A stretch of 63,908 nt of DNA, filler included, from Folioceros fuciformis (lineage: Eukaryota): the NCBI GenBank assembly GCA_049999805.1. It is 7 parts of 5 records of this genome, joined end to end, with 100 filler letters (N's around TTAATTAATTAA, not from the genome) between each part and the next. Parts side by side here need not be neighbours in the genome. Positions count along the whole stretch, not along the records: positions 1 to 18,711 come from JBNGIO010005932.1; positions 18,812 to 31,873 come from JBNGIO010005932.1; 5 more parts are not named here. One strand, 5' to 3'. How positions within the stretch are numbered: position 1 is the stretch's first letter; every line of letters begins with the position of its first letter. Below are positions 11,478 through 23,842 of the stretch, one piece after another. Under the pieces are notes generated by a model. That model was not told the DNA's origin and searched no databases. It saw nothing but the letters and a program-made list of their open reading frames with translations. A program made the translations under genes and the position numbers.

Positions 11478-13188
11478 TCTTGTTGTTGTCAAGTTTGATG
11501 TCTCTCTCAAGCAGTATTGATAGCAAAGGATGGTTTTATGTTGACCTTCAGAGATAGTAGTGTGTATCACACATCCTTGTTGGTTGAAGGTAATGCTGCG
11601 GTTAGGGTTACAGATAATCTGGTTTACAGAAAGCATATTCTTGGACAGCCCTGGGACATGTAGGACATCCCTAATGCGAGCTGTAAAGTCCTGTACTTGA
11701 ATTTGTACGGTGCCTTTACCCACAGCCATATGAGGAGAGTCATCCCCCATGAGTACAGTGAGGGGTACCTCGAGTGAAGAGTAGTCTACAAACCATTCTT
11801 TACGTGGCGTCATGTGTTCGGTGGCTCCTGAATAAAGTAGCCATTGATTTGGTAGGATGGGACTTGCAGCCAAGGCAGAGACAACGGAAAATAGGTAAGT
11901 ATTGTTGGAGGTAGTAGCTACAGCCAATGTGCTAGAGGTACTTCTTGGTGGATTGTAAAATCCAACGGCTTTGTCACGCTGTTTCTTTCTACAGTCCGGG
12001 GCTATATACCCTCTCTTGGAGCAATCGTGACAAGTTTTGTCCCTTTGATTAGGGTTTGGAGGTGGTGGTCAGTTGGATCCCGGAGCAGAACTGAAATTCG
12101 ACCTAGATCCAGTTTTGAATCTAGGGTTCCTGCGTCCACCTGCAAAGAGAGCTGAAGGAGGAGAGTTGTCCCCTGCAATCAAGACATCTTCATTGTGAAT
12201 TTTGACTAGAAGATTTGGTAAGGTGTATGGGTTTGCTTTGGTAGCTTGGTTAGCTTGTGTAGACACAAACGACCTCAAGGATTTTGGAAGGGCCATGAGT
12301 AATTGTGTAACCTGTTGTTCCTCCTTTAGGTCAAGGCCTGTGGAGATGGCCTCATCTAGTGTCTTCTCCTAGGTTTCCAGGAAATCCGAGACCGAAGCTC
12401 TATCCTTGAGATTGATGGAGGCCAATTTTTGAGCAGCGAGGAGTTGTGATGGTAAGCTTACCTCCTGCAATGATGTGGCGAGCTTGTCCCATAGCAATTT
12501 AGCAGTAGGTTGTCGCCTAACAGTGGGTAGGATTCTATCTCCTATGTGCAAGATGATCTCCGCGTGGGCAGAGGCATCCTTGTCGATCCAATTAGGCTCG
12601 TCTACATGACCCTTGGCTGGTTTGACTTCAGAGCCGTCCACCACAGGCCATAGCATCAATTTTTTGAGGAGAGATTCTACCCTTATGGACCATGTTGCAT
12701 AATTCTGGTGAGTCAATTTTTCTATCTGGTAATGTCTCGCTTGTGTGGCAGGAAGGGCACTAGAACTAGCCATCCTGCTGCTTAGGGGTGTCAAAGGCCT
12801 AAGTTATTTAAATAAGATGGCTTGGATGATAGCATCTAAGTAGTTGATGTGCCTTCTCAATTATGCTGCTTGTTTGTGGCTATTAATTGCAACTCGTTCT
12901 GACTTCTACATGGTCTGCCTCATCTTCTTGCATTGGTGGCTAGGAGGACGAGATGTGCTTATGACCTGTTGTTGTAAGTAGTTTTTTTGCAATCTCAACC
13001 TGTTAGAACAGTGAGACTGTAAAAATCGATCCTGTGTATTGTGAATGAGAGAGCTGTACAAGGAAATGCTCAGAGAGCATATGAGAGATGAGTCACGAAG
13101 AGTCACGACTTTTCGTGAACGGGCATGATCTCTAAAGTCCTAATTCCACGGTTAGCTTATGTGTATGTTTTCCTACATGCTCACAAAG

Positions 13189-13520
13189 ATGGCGAGCGGC
13201 GGGATCAATTTAGGGGTGGTGTAGGCTGGCTGGCTCATATTTGCAGCTCCGATGTTGGGTCTGGCGGCTGCTGCCGACGAGGGCCCGCTTTAGGACACAT
13301 ATTTTGTGGCGCTCAACCCACAGACCCAAATGCCGTGGTCGACGGAGTCCACGGCGGCCACCTCGGCTCAAGACGTCAAGTTTACTGGCGTCGACTCAGC
13401 CATCAACGTATAGGCTTTTTAGCTGTTTGCCGCGGTCACTCCTGCTTTTGACGCCCAGTTACTCAGGTCCCAACGCACGAGTATGTCCTCGTTCTGCCTA
13501 AGCTTGGCTGTCTTGGCAGC
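13189..13520 (+). pseudogene. Germin-like protein (cupin) pseudogene, 5' part
   Basis: Read through stops it gives MASGGINLGVV*AGWLIFAAPMLGLAAAADEGPL*DTYFVA...SAQDVKFTG...AAVTPAFDAQ/YSGPNA. This resembles a GLP signal peptide, DxxPLQDFCVA, DFKFTG and AVTPAFxxQFPGLN. Not present in the ORF track. Confidence 0.65.
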
Positions 13521-14232
13521 GTGCAAGAGAAATACGGTTTGTAGAAATTGAGAGGTAGCTATAACACGCAACAACTAAGGCGAATCAAGCTTATTTTCGA
13601 TGTAGTAGCTTTTTTAGGTTTGCCTTGAGGTGACAGCAATTCTTGCACAAGCATTCTAAATGGGAGATGTGTGAATGGAGCAAGAGGCGAGAGCGATGGA
13701 TGTTCAGGCGGTAGATTTAGCATTAGATTGAAGCGTAGAAGGTTTGCATCTTTGTGCAGAGTCAAGCGTCATGAGCGAGACGTTGTGTGGTTGTAACCGT
13801 TTCACTTATGCTCGTTCATATCCTGACCTAGGATGAACTATAGGCCTAAATACTATTATTATTAATACTCCCAGTTAGTGTTTAGGCCTTAGGCTTGGAT
13901 CCTTTGTCTTACATGTACTTTGTTAACTCGGATAACCTCTTCAGCCCCATGTTGGCTAAGTGTTCTTGATGAGAGCGGAAACAGAACTCTTGCTTGAAAA
14001 ACTCATGCTTTTTATTTCTCGTGAACAACATTTATATATATTCAGTTGACGGTTAAATAACCGCTTGTAACTTTAATAATCCTAAGTAAACTGAAACTTT
14101 CCAAAACCAAACTAGGAACTAGGATTAGGAACTAGGGGTTTTTACACTCCCTCTAGTTGAAGTTTTACTTAGAATAAATATCCTTTTATTTATTTATTTA
14201 TTTATTTAATTTATTTTATTTTCTTTGACCTT

Positions 14233-17200
14233 CTAACTTTTAACCAAAGCTAAGTCCTTCACTCCCAACGCTGCCCGGTGCTGCTCATGTTTGAAACGAG
14301 CCAGCGCCTTCGTTAGTACATCAGCTTGATTTTCCTCTGTTGCAACATATTGTAACTGGATTTGCTTCTCGTCCACGAGTTGTCGAATGTAGTGAAACCT
14401 CAGCTCTACATGTTTGGTCCGTGAGTGATACACGGGATTCTGAGTCATAGCAATGGCCGATTGTGAGTCTGAAAAGAGAACAGTTGGATTATCAAACGGT
14501 CGACGCAGACCCTCCGAGAATCTACGATGGCACAACACCTCCTTCGCTGCTTCAGTACATGCAGAGTACTCCGCTTCTGCGGATGACAAACAGATTGTGT
14601 GTAGCCGCTTGCTACTCCATGATATAGCAGCAGATGCGGCCATAACTGCATAGGCTGCCGTGGACCGTCTCTTGTCAAGATCCCCTGCCCAATCGCTGTC
14701 GCTGAAAGCTGTAAGTAACATCTCTGCTGGCTCCGTACTTCCTCTCAATCTGTAAACAAGTCCATAAGCTGCCGTGCCCTTGAGATAACGAAAAACGCGC
14801 TTGGTTGCAGTCCAATGCATTTCACCATAACCCTCGAAATATTGACAAATCTGTGACACGGCTTTGCTTATATCAGGTCGAGTCGATACTTGCAGATATT
14901 GGAGTGAACCGCAGGCTGCGCGGTAAGGAATCTCTTGCATTCTTTCAATATCTCTAGCTGACAACGGTGTTGGCATAGCTGATAGTTGTACTGAGGTAGA
15001 CATTGGTGTTGCACAGGGTTTTGCAGTATCCATGCCAAATTTCTTAAGAACTTGTTGAACATACACCTCTTGAGACAAGGTGAGAACCCCTTCAGCACGA
15101 TTTCGAGTTACCTTGATGCCTAGAAAGGAATGAAGCTCACCCATGTCTGTCATGGCAAACCTGCTTGATAGAATCTTCTTAGCATATTCTAAAGTTCCGC
15201 CAGGTCCTGAACTGTTTGATATTAAAACAGTATCATCTACGTAAACAGCTAATATCACAAAACCTTGCGTGTTCCTAAGCAAAAACACATTCATGTCGGA
15301 CGGATTCTGCTCAAAGCCACAGGTCAGTAGATACTCTCGAAAACACCCAAACCACTTGTGTGGACTCTGCTTGAGTCCATATAATGCCTTCTTTAATTTG
15401 CAAACAAAATTCTCTTGTCCTACAGGTACCTCTACCCCTTGGGGTATCTCCATGAAGATGTCTTCATTAATTTTCCCATATAAGAACGCACTCTGGACAT
15501 CCATTTGATGGATGTCCAGATCTGTATATGCTGCAAGAGCCACTAAGTGTCTTACTGAGCTTTGTCGTACTACTGGAGAAAAGGTCTCTAGGTAGTCCTC
15601 CCCGGCCTTCTGAGAGTAGCCCTTAACGACAAGCCGTGCCTTAAGCTTGTCGTGCGAACCATCAGCCTTGTATTTTGTCTTAAAGACCCATTTGGTCTTA
15701 ATTGGTTTTCTTCCTCTAGGGAGTGGCACAAGCTCCCATGTTTTATTTCGATGAAGTGCATCTAACTCCTTCTTAATTGCCTCTGACCATCCTCTTGCGT
15801 TCTCACTTGATAAAGCTTCATCGTAGGTCTGAGGATCACTTCCTCTTTCAGCGTCCTCTGCAGCAGCAGCTAGCTCACTATTAATACTTACTTGGTGATC
15901 ATATGTGAGAGGAGGCTCCCTCCATAGTTCTCTTGGTGGTCTTGTCCTTTGAGAACGTCGTGGTTGTTGATTTTGTGGATGAGGTAATACTGGTTGATTA
16001 TCAAGACCATCTTGTGGCTGTGGCTCCCCACTTTGTGGATTATCCGGAAAAGATGCAGAGCTAGGTAGAGGACGTCCTCCACCTGGATCAATGGGATCGG
16101 CTGCCGTGGGAGGTGACTGAGGCTGCAACATAGGAACAGGAGTACCTGTCGGTGAAGGCTCAAGGAATCGTGGAATCTGAAATTGAACTCCTTGTGGGTA
16201 TTCCGTAACTTCAGGCTCATCAAAGGTATCAGTTCCAACACCTTCAGTGTTTCTCGAATCTTTCCACATAAGGTTCTCTCTAAATATCACGTTCCTTGCA
16301 AAAATCACCTTCCTTGTTGCAGGATCAATCAATTTAAAACCTTTCACTTCGTCAGAATAGCCGATAAACATCAATCTTTGCCCCTTTGCATCCCACTTTT
16401 GTCGTTTTTGTGAGGGCACATGCGCATAGGCCAGACACCCAAACACTTTGAGATGTTTAAGGTCTGGTTTTCTGGCAGTCCAGACTTCAAATGGAGTTTT
16501 TCTCTCAAGGCATTTTGTAGGTAGTCGGTTCTGGACGTGAGCAGCTACTGCCACAGCTTCAGCCCAGAAACTCTTCTCAACTCCTGCTGCTTGCAACATA
16601 CATCTTGCTGAATTATTGAGGTCTTTATTACGTTTTTCCGCAACACCATTCTGCTCTGGGGTGTAGGCTACAGAAAAATGACGCTGGATGCCATGTTGCT
16701 TGCAGAAAATGTCAAACTCTCTAGATGTATACTCACCTCCGTTGTCAGAACGCAATGTCTTCAATTGACTAGATGTAAACCTTTGTGAGTAGCTCAAATA
16801 CTCTTTGAATCTGTCGAATACTTGGTACCTAGCCGATAGAAAGTAGATGCAGGTGAACCTACTATAATCGTCGATGAAACTTACAAAGTAGCTGCTGCCA
16901 CCAATTGATTTATACTCCATCGGTCCGCACACGTCAGTATGGACCAGGTCCAATACACGTGTGGTCTTGGATAAACTGTTAGGATGAGGAAGTTTTTCCT
17001 GCTTACCTAATATACATGGCTCACAGTGATCACCCCGATGAACTGTGAACTTGGGAATTCCAAGAGCTAGGTCGTTGTTGACTAACTGCTGCAGCTTACG
17101 CATGGATGGATGTCCCAATCGCCGATGCCACAACTTCGTCAAATTGACATCAGTTTGAGTGACTTTAACACGTAAGTGTGTGGTTTTTATGGACTTGACG

Positions 17201-18570
17201 TCCAACAGAACTAAACCCTTTTCTGGGCGTCCTCTTATAAGTACTTGATCAGGTGACGACTTGAGACTTATAGTAGCCTCATCATCTTCTATCACCACCC
17301 GATAAAGTTTTAAATCTCCTAAGCTTATTGTAGAAAGGAGATTCTTTGTGAGCGCTGGTACATACAACACTGGATGAAGTTTAAGGTGCGCTCCTGAGGT
17401 CAGCTCCAGCGTTACAGTGCCCTCTCCCAGTATTGGGCATATTCGATCGTCTCCTAAAGCAACTCTTCTAGGAGGTTCAAATTTTACATAGTCTGAGATA
17501 ATCTCCTTATCATAACAAAAATGGCTTGAAGCCCCAGAATCAAGAAACCAGCATGAACTATCAAAATCAGAGGTCAAGTTACATGTGACTATGAAACAGC
17601 CCGGAGAACTGGAAGGAGGAGAGTGTGAGGTTTTGTTGTTTACTGACACTCCACGTTTTTGATCATCAAACTTCTTTTTCCTACATTCCTTCCAATAATG
17701 TCCAGGCTTTTTACAGTAGCTGCATTTGTGAAAACGCTTATTTGGATTTTGAGATGCTTGTCCTTGCTGATCCTTTTTCTGCCACGGTTTGTTAAACCTT
17801 TGAAACCGTCCTTTTGCTGCCAAGGCTCCTCCCTCTCCACCTGATGACGCACCTGAACTAATGCGCTTAGTTGTTTCATGTTGATACATGGCTGCAATGA
17901 CCATGGATAAGGTGAGGTTTATCCTTGATTGTTGTGACGTGATGAAGGTAGACCAGCTGCTTGGTAAGGAAGCAAGCAGGATTACAGCTGCATGCTCCTC
18001 AGTAATTACAGTTCCCATAGATGCTAGTTTTGTTCTATTCAACCGAAATTGAGTGATGTGCTTGTCAACTGTGTCGTGATCACTCATCTTATGTTGATAA
18101 AATTGCTGGGTTGTGAGAACTAAGGACAGAGTGTCCTTTGAAGCGTAGCTGGCCCTGATCTGATCCCAAGCAACCTTGGATGTTTCTGTGCTTAAGATAT
18201 GATGCATAGTCTCAGTTGTTAAAGCTTGCATCAGGATCGTTCTTGCCTTCCTGTCCGAGGCTTCCCAGGCTTGAATATCACGGGTCTCTGCTGCAGTAGG
18301 ATTTGCTGCATCAGCAGGTACCGGCTTCAGTTTGCTCCCGCTGACGACAGGCCACAAATCCTTATCTTCCAAGATAGCTCTTACTCTGGTTTCCCAGATC
18401 TCAAAGTCTTTTCCCGCAAATCTATCACGCTCCTTAAAATCAAAGGTTGTGTAGTTGTTGTTCACTATATTTCCAGCCATGTTTGTTGATTTATTGACTA
18501 GAGGGTGACGGTTGTGCTTAGGTGGAGGTGGTGGAGGAGTTGGAATTACTCCCTTGCTTCGAGGAGGCAT
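14233..18570 (-). CDS. Intact copia gag-pol polyprotein (about 1445 aa)
   Basis: Uninterrupted ORF: gag, CSYCKKPGHYWKEC knuckle, DSGAS protease, WHRRLGH..CEPC, integrase (HTDVCGP, SDNGGEY, QNGVAE), RT YVDD, and RNase H (DSDWA, EAEY, DSQSA, ADVLTK). Confidence 0.95.
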   Translation of the reverse strand: MPPRSKGVIPTPPPPPPKHNRHPLVNKSTNMAGNIVNNNYTTFDFKERDRFAGKDFEIWETRVRAILEDKDLWPVVSGSKLKPVPADAANPTAAETRDIQAWEASDRKARTILMQALTTETMHHILSTETSKVAWDQIRASYASKDTLSLVLTTQQFYQHKMSDHDTVDKHITQFRLNRTKLASMGTVITEEHAAVILLASLPSSWSTFITSQQSRINLTLSMVIAAMYQHETTKRISSGASSGGEGGALAAKGRFQRFNKPWQKKDQQGQASQNPNKRFHKCSYCKKPGHYWKECRKKKFDDQKRGVSVNNKTSHSPPSSSPGCFIVTCNLTSDFDSSCWFLDSGASSHFCYDKEIISDYVKFEPPRRVALGDDRICPILGEGTVTLELTSGAHLKLHPVLYVPALTKNLLSTISLGDLKLYRVVIEDDEATISLKSSPDQVLIRGRPEKGLVLLDVKSIKTTHLRVKVTQTDVNLTKLWHRRLGHPSMRKLQQLVNNDLALGIPKFTVHRGDHCEPCILGKQEKLPHPNSLSKTTRVLDLVHTDVCGPMEYKSIGGSSYFVSFIDDYSRFTCIYFLSARYQVFDRFKEYLSYSQRFTSSQLKTLRSDNGGEYTSREFDIFCKQHGIQRHFSVAYTPEQNGVAEKRNKDLNNSARCMLQAAGVEKSFWAEAVAVAAHVQNRLPTKCLERKTPFEVWTARKPDLKHLKVFGCLAYAHVPSQKRQKWDAKGQRLMFIGYSDEVKGFKLIDPATRKVIFARNVIFRENLMWKDSRNTEGVGTDTFDEPEVTEYPQGVQFQIPRFLEPSPTGTPVPMLQPQSPPTAADPIDPGGGRPLPSSASFPDNPQSGEPQPQDGLDNQPVLPHPQNQQPRRSQRTRPPRELWREPPLTYDHQVSINSELAAAAEDAERGSDPQTYDEALSSENARGWSEAIKKELDALHRNKTWELVPLPRGRKPIKTKWVFKTKYKADGSHDKLKARLVVKGYSQKAGEDYLETFSPVVRQSSVRHLVALAAYTDLDIHQMDVQSAFLYGKINEDIFMEIPQGVEVPVGQENFVCKLKKALYGLKQSPHKWFGCFREYLLTCGFEQNPSDMNVFLLRNTQGFVILAVYVDDTVLISNSSGPGGTLEYAKKILSSRFAMTDMGELHSFLGIKVTRNRAEGVLTLSQEVYVQQVLKKFGMDTAKPCATPMSTSVQLSAMPTPLSARDIERMQEIPYRAACGSLQYLQVSTRPDISKAVSQICQYFEGYGEMHWTATKRVFRYLKGTAAYGLVYRLRGSTEPAEMLLTAFSDSDWAGDLDKRRSTAAYAVMAASAAISWSSKRLHTICLSSAEAEYSACTEAAKEVLCHRRFSEGLRRPFDNPTVLFSDSQSAIAMTQNPVYHSRTKHVELRFHYIRQLVDEKQIQLQYVATEENQADVLTKALARFKHEQHRAALGVKDLALVKS

Positions 18571-18711
18571 ACACCTCACAACCTAACCTGAGTATCGGGA
18601 TCACTTGACGGACGCTGAGGTGTTTCACACTGTACAGATGCAGATCGATAAGTGCTAGCAAACGAACTTGTTGGACGCTCCTTTGTAAACCCAGAGGATG
18701 CCGAGTCAGAA

Positions 18712-18811
18712 NNNNNNNNNNNNNNNNNNNNNNNNNNNNNNNNNNNNNNNNNNNNTTAATTAATTAANNNNNNNNNNNNNNNNNNNNNNNNNNNNNNNNN
18801 NNNNNNNNNNN
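18712..18811. other. Scaffolding linker N-TTAATTAATTAA-N (also 31874-31973, 45738-45837, 53755-53854, 60776-60875, 62369-62468)
   Basis: Identical 100-bp cassettes with a central sequence that puts a stop in all six frames; artificial. Confidence 0.95.
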
Positions 18812-21800
18812 TCCAAAACCAAACTAGGAACTAGGATTAGGAACTAGGGGTTTTTACAGATGTTTCACGTTGCTGAGTGCCTTTGTAAGCACATCCGCTG
18901 TCATCTGCTCCGTTGGGCAGTACAGTACCATGAATTTGTCGTCGTTTACAACTTCTTATGAAATGAAATTGTACCTCTATGTGTTTGGTACGAGCGTGGA
19001 ACTTCGAGTTCTAGGTTAGTGAGATAGCACCCTGATTGTCGCAGTACAAGGGTCTTGGTATCCGTTGAGTTTCTCCTAACTCCGTGAGCTGATAGAGCTG
19101 CCAAAGTCCATCCTTGCATGCGTGGGTTAAGGAGCAATACTCGGCCTCTGTTGAGTTGAGTGCGACTTTGCTACTCCAACTTGTTGCTATCCCACCAAGT
19201 AGGTAAACGTAGCTACTTATGCTCTTTCTGTCATCGACGTTGCTGGCCCAGTTGTCGTCGCTGAACCCCTCGAGTTGTAGGGGTTGATGTTGTTGGATTT
19301 GAGAGTGATAGAGAAGTCCTATATCTGAGGTAGCCCTTAGGTACCTAAAGATTCTCTTCGCTGCTTTCCAGCGAGCTTGAGTAGGAGCTAATAAGTACTT
19401 AGACAAGGCTCCCACTTAAAATGAAAGATCCGGTCTAGTGCAGACCATTAGATACATTAGGCTTCCGAGCGCTGAAGAGTAAGGCAGCTCATCGCTACTG
19501 TGAGGATTATCTTCATGTTGTTGGTCCTCTTCTTCAGTAAGATTCAAATTAATCTCCATAGGTGTGGAGATGGGCTTGGAGTCTATCATCTTGTACTTAG
19601 TTAGAATCTCCTGTATGTACTTGGACCGATGGATAAATAGGCTTCTAACCTTTCTATCTCTTATAACTTGAATCCCTAGACAAAATGAGAGTTCCCGCCA
19701 TGTGGTCATAGAGAATCGTTCTGCTAACATGAGTATGGTGTCCTCTAGAAGTGCCCTGGAATTGGACATAAGGACAATATCGTCCACGTAAACTGCTACA
19801 ACAATAAAATGGTTACGGACTCTTTTAATATATATGTTGCTATTAGAGGAGAGCCTAGTGAAACTTAATTCCTCTAGGGTGTCATCCAGCTTGGAGTACC
19901 ACTCTAGAGCGCTTTTCTTGAGTCCGTATAGGGCCTTCAATAATAAACAGGCGTCATATAGACATGTGTCAACTTCGAGTCCTTCCAGGATCTCCATGTC
20001 GATTGTGTGCTGAAGGTCACCATATAGGAAAGCAGTTTTTATATCTAGCTGCATGAGCTCATAATCATGATGGGAAGCTAGTGCCATTAGAATCCTTAAT
20101 GAGGTAATTTTTAGTACGGGGCTAAAAGTCTCGTCGTAGTCAAAACCATATTATTGCGAGTACCCTTTAGCCACTAATCTGGCCTTCTACCTTTCTATGC
20201 TGCCGTCGGCATTTAGTTTGATTTTGAAGGTCCATTTAGAACCAACTAGTTTTCTACCCTTAGGTAAGGAAGTTAGTGTCCAAGTTTTATTAGCTCTTAG
20301 TGAGTCTAGTTCTGACCTGATGGCTTTCTTCTAGTTCTCCTTTTCTGGGCAAGTGATGACGTCCTGGTAGCTAGCTGGAACGAACTGATATATAGCTGCA
20401 ATAAGGCAATATGCTAAAGTATTTCTAGGGTCCTTCCAGTTAGTAGGAGAGTACCTATTTATCTTGCTTGTGTTAGAACACTGAGGATGTCTTCCCCTAG
20501 CGTCGTTGGTTTGTGAGGTTGTGGAGAGTCCTCATGAGTGTCCTCGTAATTAACGTCTTCATGTCCAGCATTATCTAGCATATTTGGAATATCGAAAATA
20601 GGAAAATTAGAATATATATTTCTGCTTGCCTTTGAAGTGCCGCGTGATGCAGGTGGTAGGCAGCCGAGAGAGATGTCTGACCCCGGTCCAGTTAACTGAG
20701 GCGGGTTGGAAGGATCGCCATGCACACTGGTGGAAGGATCGCCCCACGCGCCTGCTTGTGAAGCGCGCCAACGGGTTTGCAGCCATGGCGCTGATGGTGG
20801 TGCAGACTAGGTGCCATCGCCATCTTCGAGCCTGCTAGTGATGGGTATGTCGTGGAGCTTGCCCGTCCCCCTCTCAAGCCAAGGGCGTTGGCCGTGGCTC
20901 AAGCCCGAGGGTGGTGATGCGGGGGAGACATAGCTGGATAGCTGGTCTCATTGTCGAAGTCGCCAAATAAAATGGTGTGGCTGGTGTCAGATGCTGGATT
21001 GGACCAGGTTGGTAAGGCGCTGGAGGAGGACCGCCATGAGGAGGGAGTCCTGACAAGTCGATGTCGTCCTTATCGTTGTCTGTTGTCGGTGCAGGTTGTT
21101 GATCTGAAGAGGCTCCCACTGGAGGCTGGCCTTTTATGTCTTCGATGAAGGTGACATCACGGGAGTGTGTGATTTAGTGAGTCTGTGGGTGGATTAGCTT
21201 GTATCCTTTAACCCCGTCTGTGAAGCCGATGAAAATATATTTTTGTGCTCGATTGTCGAGCTTTGTGCGGGTAGCCTTTGGGATGTGCATGTATACGGTT
21301 GAGCCGAAGACTCTGAGTGTGGAGAGGTCAGGTTTCGACCTTGTCCAGACTGCATAGGGTGTGAGTTGTGGTAGGGAAGAGGTGAGGCTCCTGTTGAGGA
21401 TGTAAACCGCATGAGACATGGCCTCCGACCAATAGGTTTTGGGTAAGTGTGCGTGGATCAACATGGATAGGCCATAGTCTTGTATGGTTCTATTCATGCG
21501 CTTTACTACACCGTTCTGCTGGGATGTTGTGGGGTGGTGACCTGCCTGCTGATCCCGTGGTCTTCGCAGAATTGTAGGAACTGGTGAAAGTTGAACTCAC
21601 CTCCGCCATCTGTACGTATGGAGAGTAGGTTGTCTCCAGTATGCTTTTCTGCCCAATTTTTATAATCCTGAAGGCAGGTTAAGGTCTGGGCCTTGTGTTT
21701 CAACAAGTATATAACTGTAAATCTAGAGAAGTCATCTATGACTGGCATAAAGTAGAGATGGCTAGAGAGGGATCTCTTAAAAGGACCACATAGGTCTGTG

Positions 21801-23710
21801 TGTATTTATTGCAGTCTTCTGGTTGCTCTTGTTGTAGACCCTTTAGGAAAGGGAGAGCGATGACTTTTGCCAAGAGAGCAAGCCTCACAAATGCCAAATT
21901 CCTCAACTTTGGTGAGGGGGATACCGCTTGTGTAGATAACATGTCCTTCATTCGCTGCATATGCATGTGCCCAAGTCGGGCATGCCATAAATAAGACTGA
22001 TTACCAGTGTTGGTTGATGCAGAGAGAGAAGAGTAATTAGTAGCTTGAGGGGTGGTGACGTTGAGATGGTATAGGTCGTCAGCCTTCAAGTCCCCCGTGG
22101 CTATTAGATCCCCTTGTGGGGTCTCGATGATATAGTGACCATCACCTAAGCACACATAGCATTCGGATTGATCCACCTTTCGGACTGAAAATAGATTCTT
22201 GGTCAAGCCAGGTACAAGTAACACGTTTGATATCTGTAGTGTTGAGTTGGGCTTGGTGTGCAGGTCCTCTGTCCCATGGCCCGATATGGCATGTTTGGAA
22301 TCGTCCCCAAGGCTAACAAAGTGTGAGGATGCTTTAGGTTGTATGTGGCTAAAATATTCTGTATGGGGTGTCATGTGCTGCGAGGTTTCGGAGTCTATGT
22401 ACCACGTGTGTGAGCCTTGGGCTGCTATGCAGGAGGCTACTAAGGCTGAGCCATTGGAGGGTGAGGAAGGCGAGCTGTAGCTAGTTAGGAAGGCCCTCAA
22501 GTGGCGTTTCATTGTCAAGGCTAATTGCCTTGTGGGTGGAAGGTATCTTTGGTTGTTGTTGTTAGCCATCCTTTTTCTGCACTCTTCGTAGATGTGCCCA
22601 AGTATTTTGCAGTAACCACATGTTTTCTTCCATGTGGGATTGTATATGCCTCTGCCCCTGTTTGAAGCACCTCTTCCTCGAAAGGATTGTCCTCTGAATG
22701 GGGGCCTGCATTTGCCCCTTGATCTGCCGCGACTCGAAAAGAAGGCATTTGAGGTCTCTATATTGAATGATGTAGCTGCCACTTTCCTACGAGCTTCCTC
22801 TGTGATGATGGAGCTTATGACCTTGTTGACTGAGTGGGGATATGCCTTGCAGGGACTGTATTACGGATACCCATGATTCGGGTAAGGTAGTCAAGAAGAT
22901 CGCTGCTGAGAGGTCCTCGGTCATGGAGATGCCGATGGCTAAGAATTTTGCTGTTTAGCTGCGGAACATCATCATGTGGTGGTCAACTTGGTCTCCCTCG
23001 GTCATTCGAAGGCTGAAATAATTCTTCAAGGTATGCACAATGTGCATAATATCGCTGGCTGCGTAGATTTCGTGCAGCTGCTTCCATGCTTGGGCTGCTA
23101 TTTCAGCTCCTTCGATTTGCTATACGTTGCTATGTCGCATTGACTGCATAATTACATTTTTGGCCTGTTGGTTTCTTTTCATCCCATGCCTCCTTTTCTC
23201 CTGAAGTGGCAGATGAGCTTGGGTGTGGAGTGACCATTGGAGGAGTGCCAACGCCCTCAACATAAGCCCATAGCTTTCTCTCCATCAAGATGTTGGTAAT
23301 TTGAAACTTCCATGCTGCAAAGTTATGTTGTTGGCCGTCGAAACGGTCTTCCTTGGACAAGGAGATCGTGGAGGTAGACATGTTGGGAGCAATTTTATTT
23401 GTGGCTACAGGTGAATAGTTGTGTGCTTGAAGATGTGTTCTATTTCTAGTCTCATTGTGATAGAGATTGAGTATGTTTTGGTTGTCGTTGTGCCTGGTTC
23501 TGCAGGGTTGTAATCAAGGGCTGTGAGTTTCTGAAGGATATTTTGCTGGATTGGCTGGATTTCCTGTTATGAAGGTATGCTAATTAGGTTGTGCTGTCTA
23601 CATATACTTGATATGTGTTCTGCAATTTTGTCTTTTATGTGTGACATGAAAAGATGCGATGTGATTTGGAACTTTGAATTGCAATCATGGATTGTCATGT
23701 CGTGAATAGG

Positions 23711-23842
23711 AAGGATACTTGGATGCATCCCCAATCGTATTAAGTGGGTCAAGAAAACCACGCAATAGTAGCAACATGAAAGGATACTTGCATGTATCCC
23801 CAATCGTATTCAAGTGGGTCAAGGAAACCACGCAATAGTAGC
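23711..23842. repeat. Tandem duplication in the family B leader
   Basis: AAGGATACTTG.ATG.ATCCCCAATCGTATT.AAGTGGGTCAAG.AAACCACGCAATAGTAGC occurs twice. A second short duplication lies at about 23995-24070. Confidence 0.75.

Larger units (their letters stand above)
8000..13185 (-). mobile_element. Degenerate Ty1/copia LTR retrotransposon (family A)
   Basis: LTRs at about 8000-8210 and 13001-13185; perfect TSD AAGAT (7995-7999 and 13186-13190); PPT at 8211-8220. Fragmented gag (12369-12794), protease (LYSGAT), integrase, RT (YIDD) and RNase H (DADY). Confidence 0.9.
13970..18858 (-). mobile_element. Young Ty1/copia element (family C) nested in the RNase H of family B
   Basis: 3' LTR 13970-14146 with PPT at 14147-14156; partial 5' LTR 18812-18858 is identical over its visible length. 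The host ORF reads ADVLTKALSNVKH|QEHLANMGL across the insertion. Confidence 0.92.

Noticed and set aside
14445-18489. Small antisense or alternative-frame ORFs over copia pol (and similar ones across other TEs and genes)
   Set aside because: Shadow ORFs of recognised coding regions.
18712-18811. Recurrent TTAATTAATTAA palindrome
   Set aside because: Always centred in identical N runs, so it is an artificial scaffolding linker, not biology.
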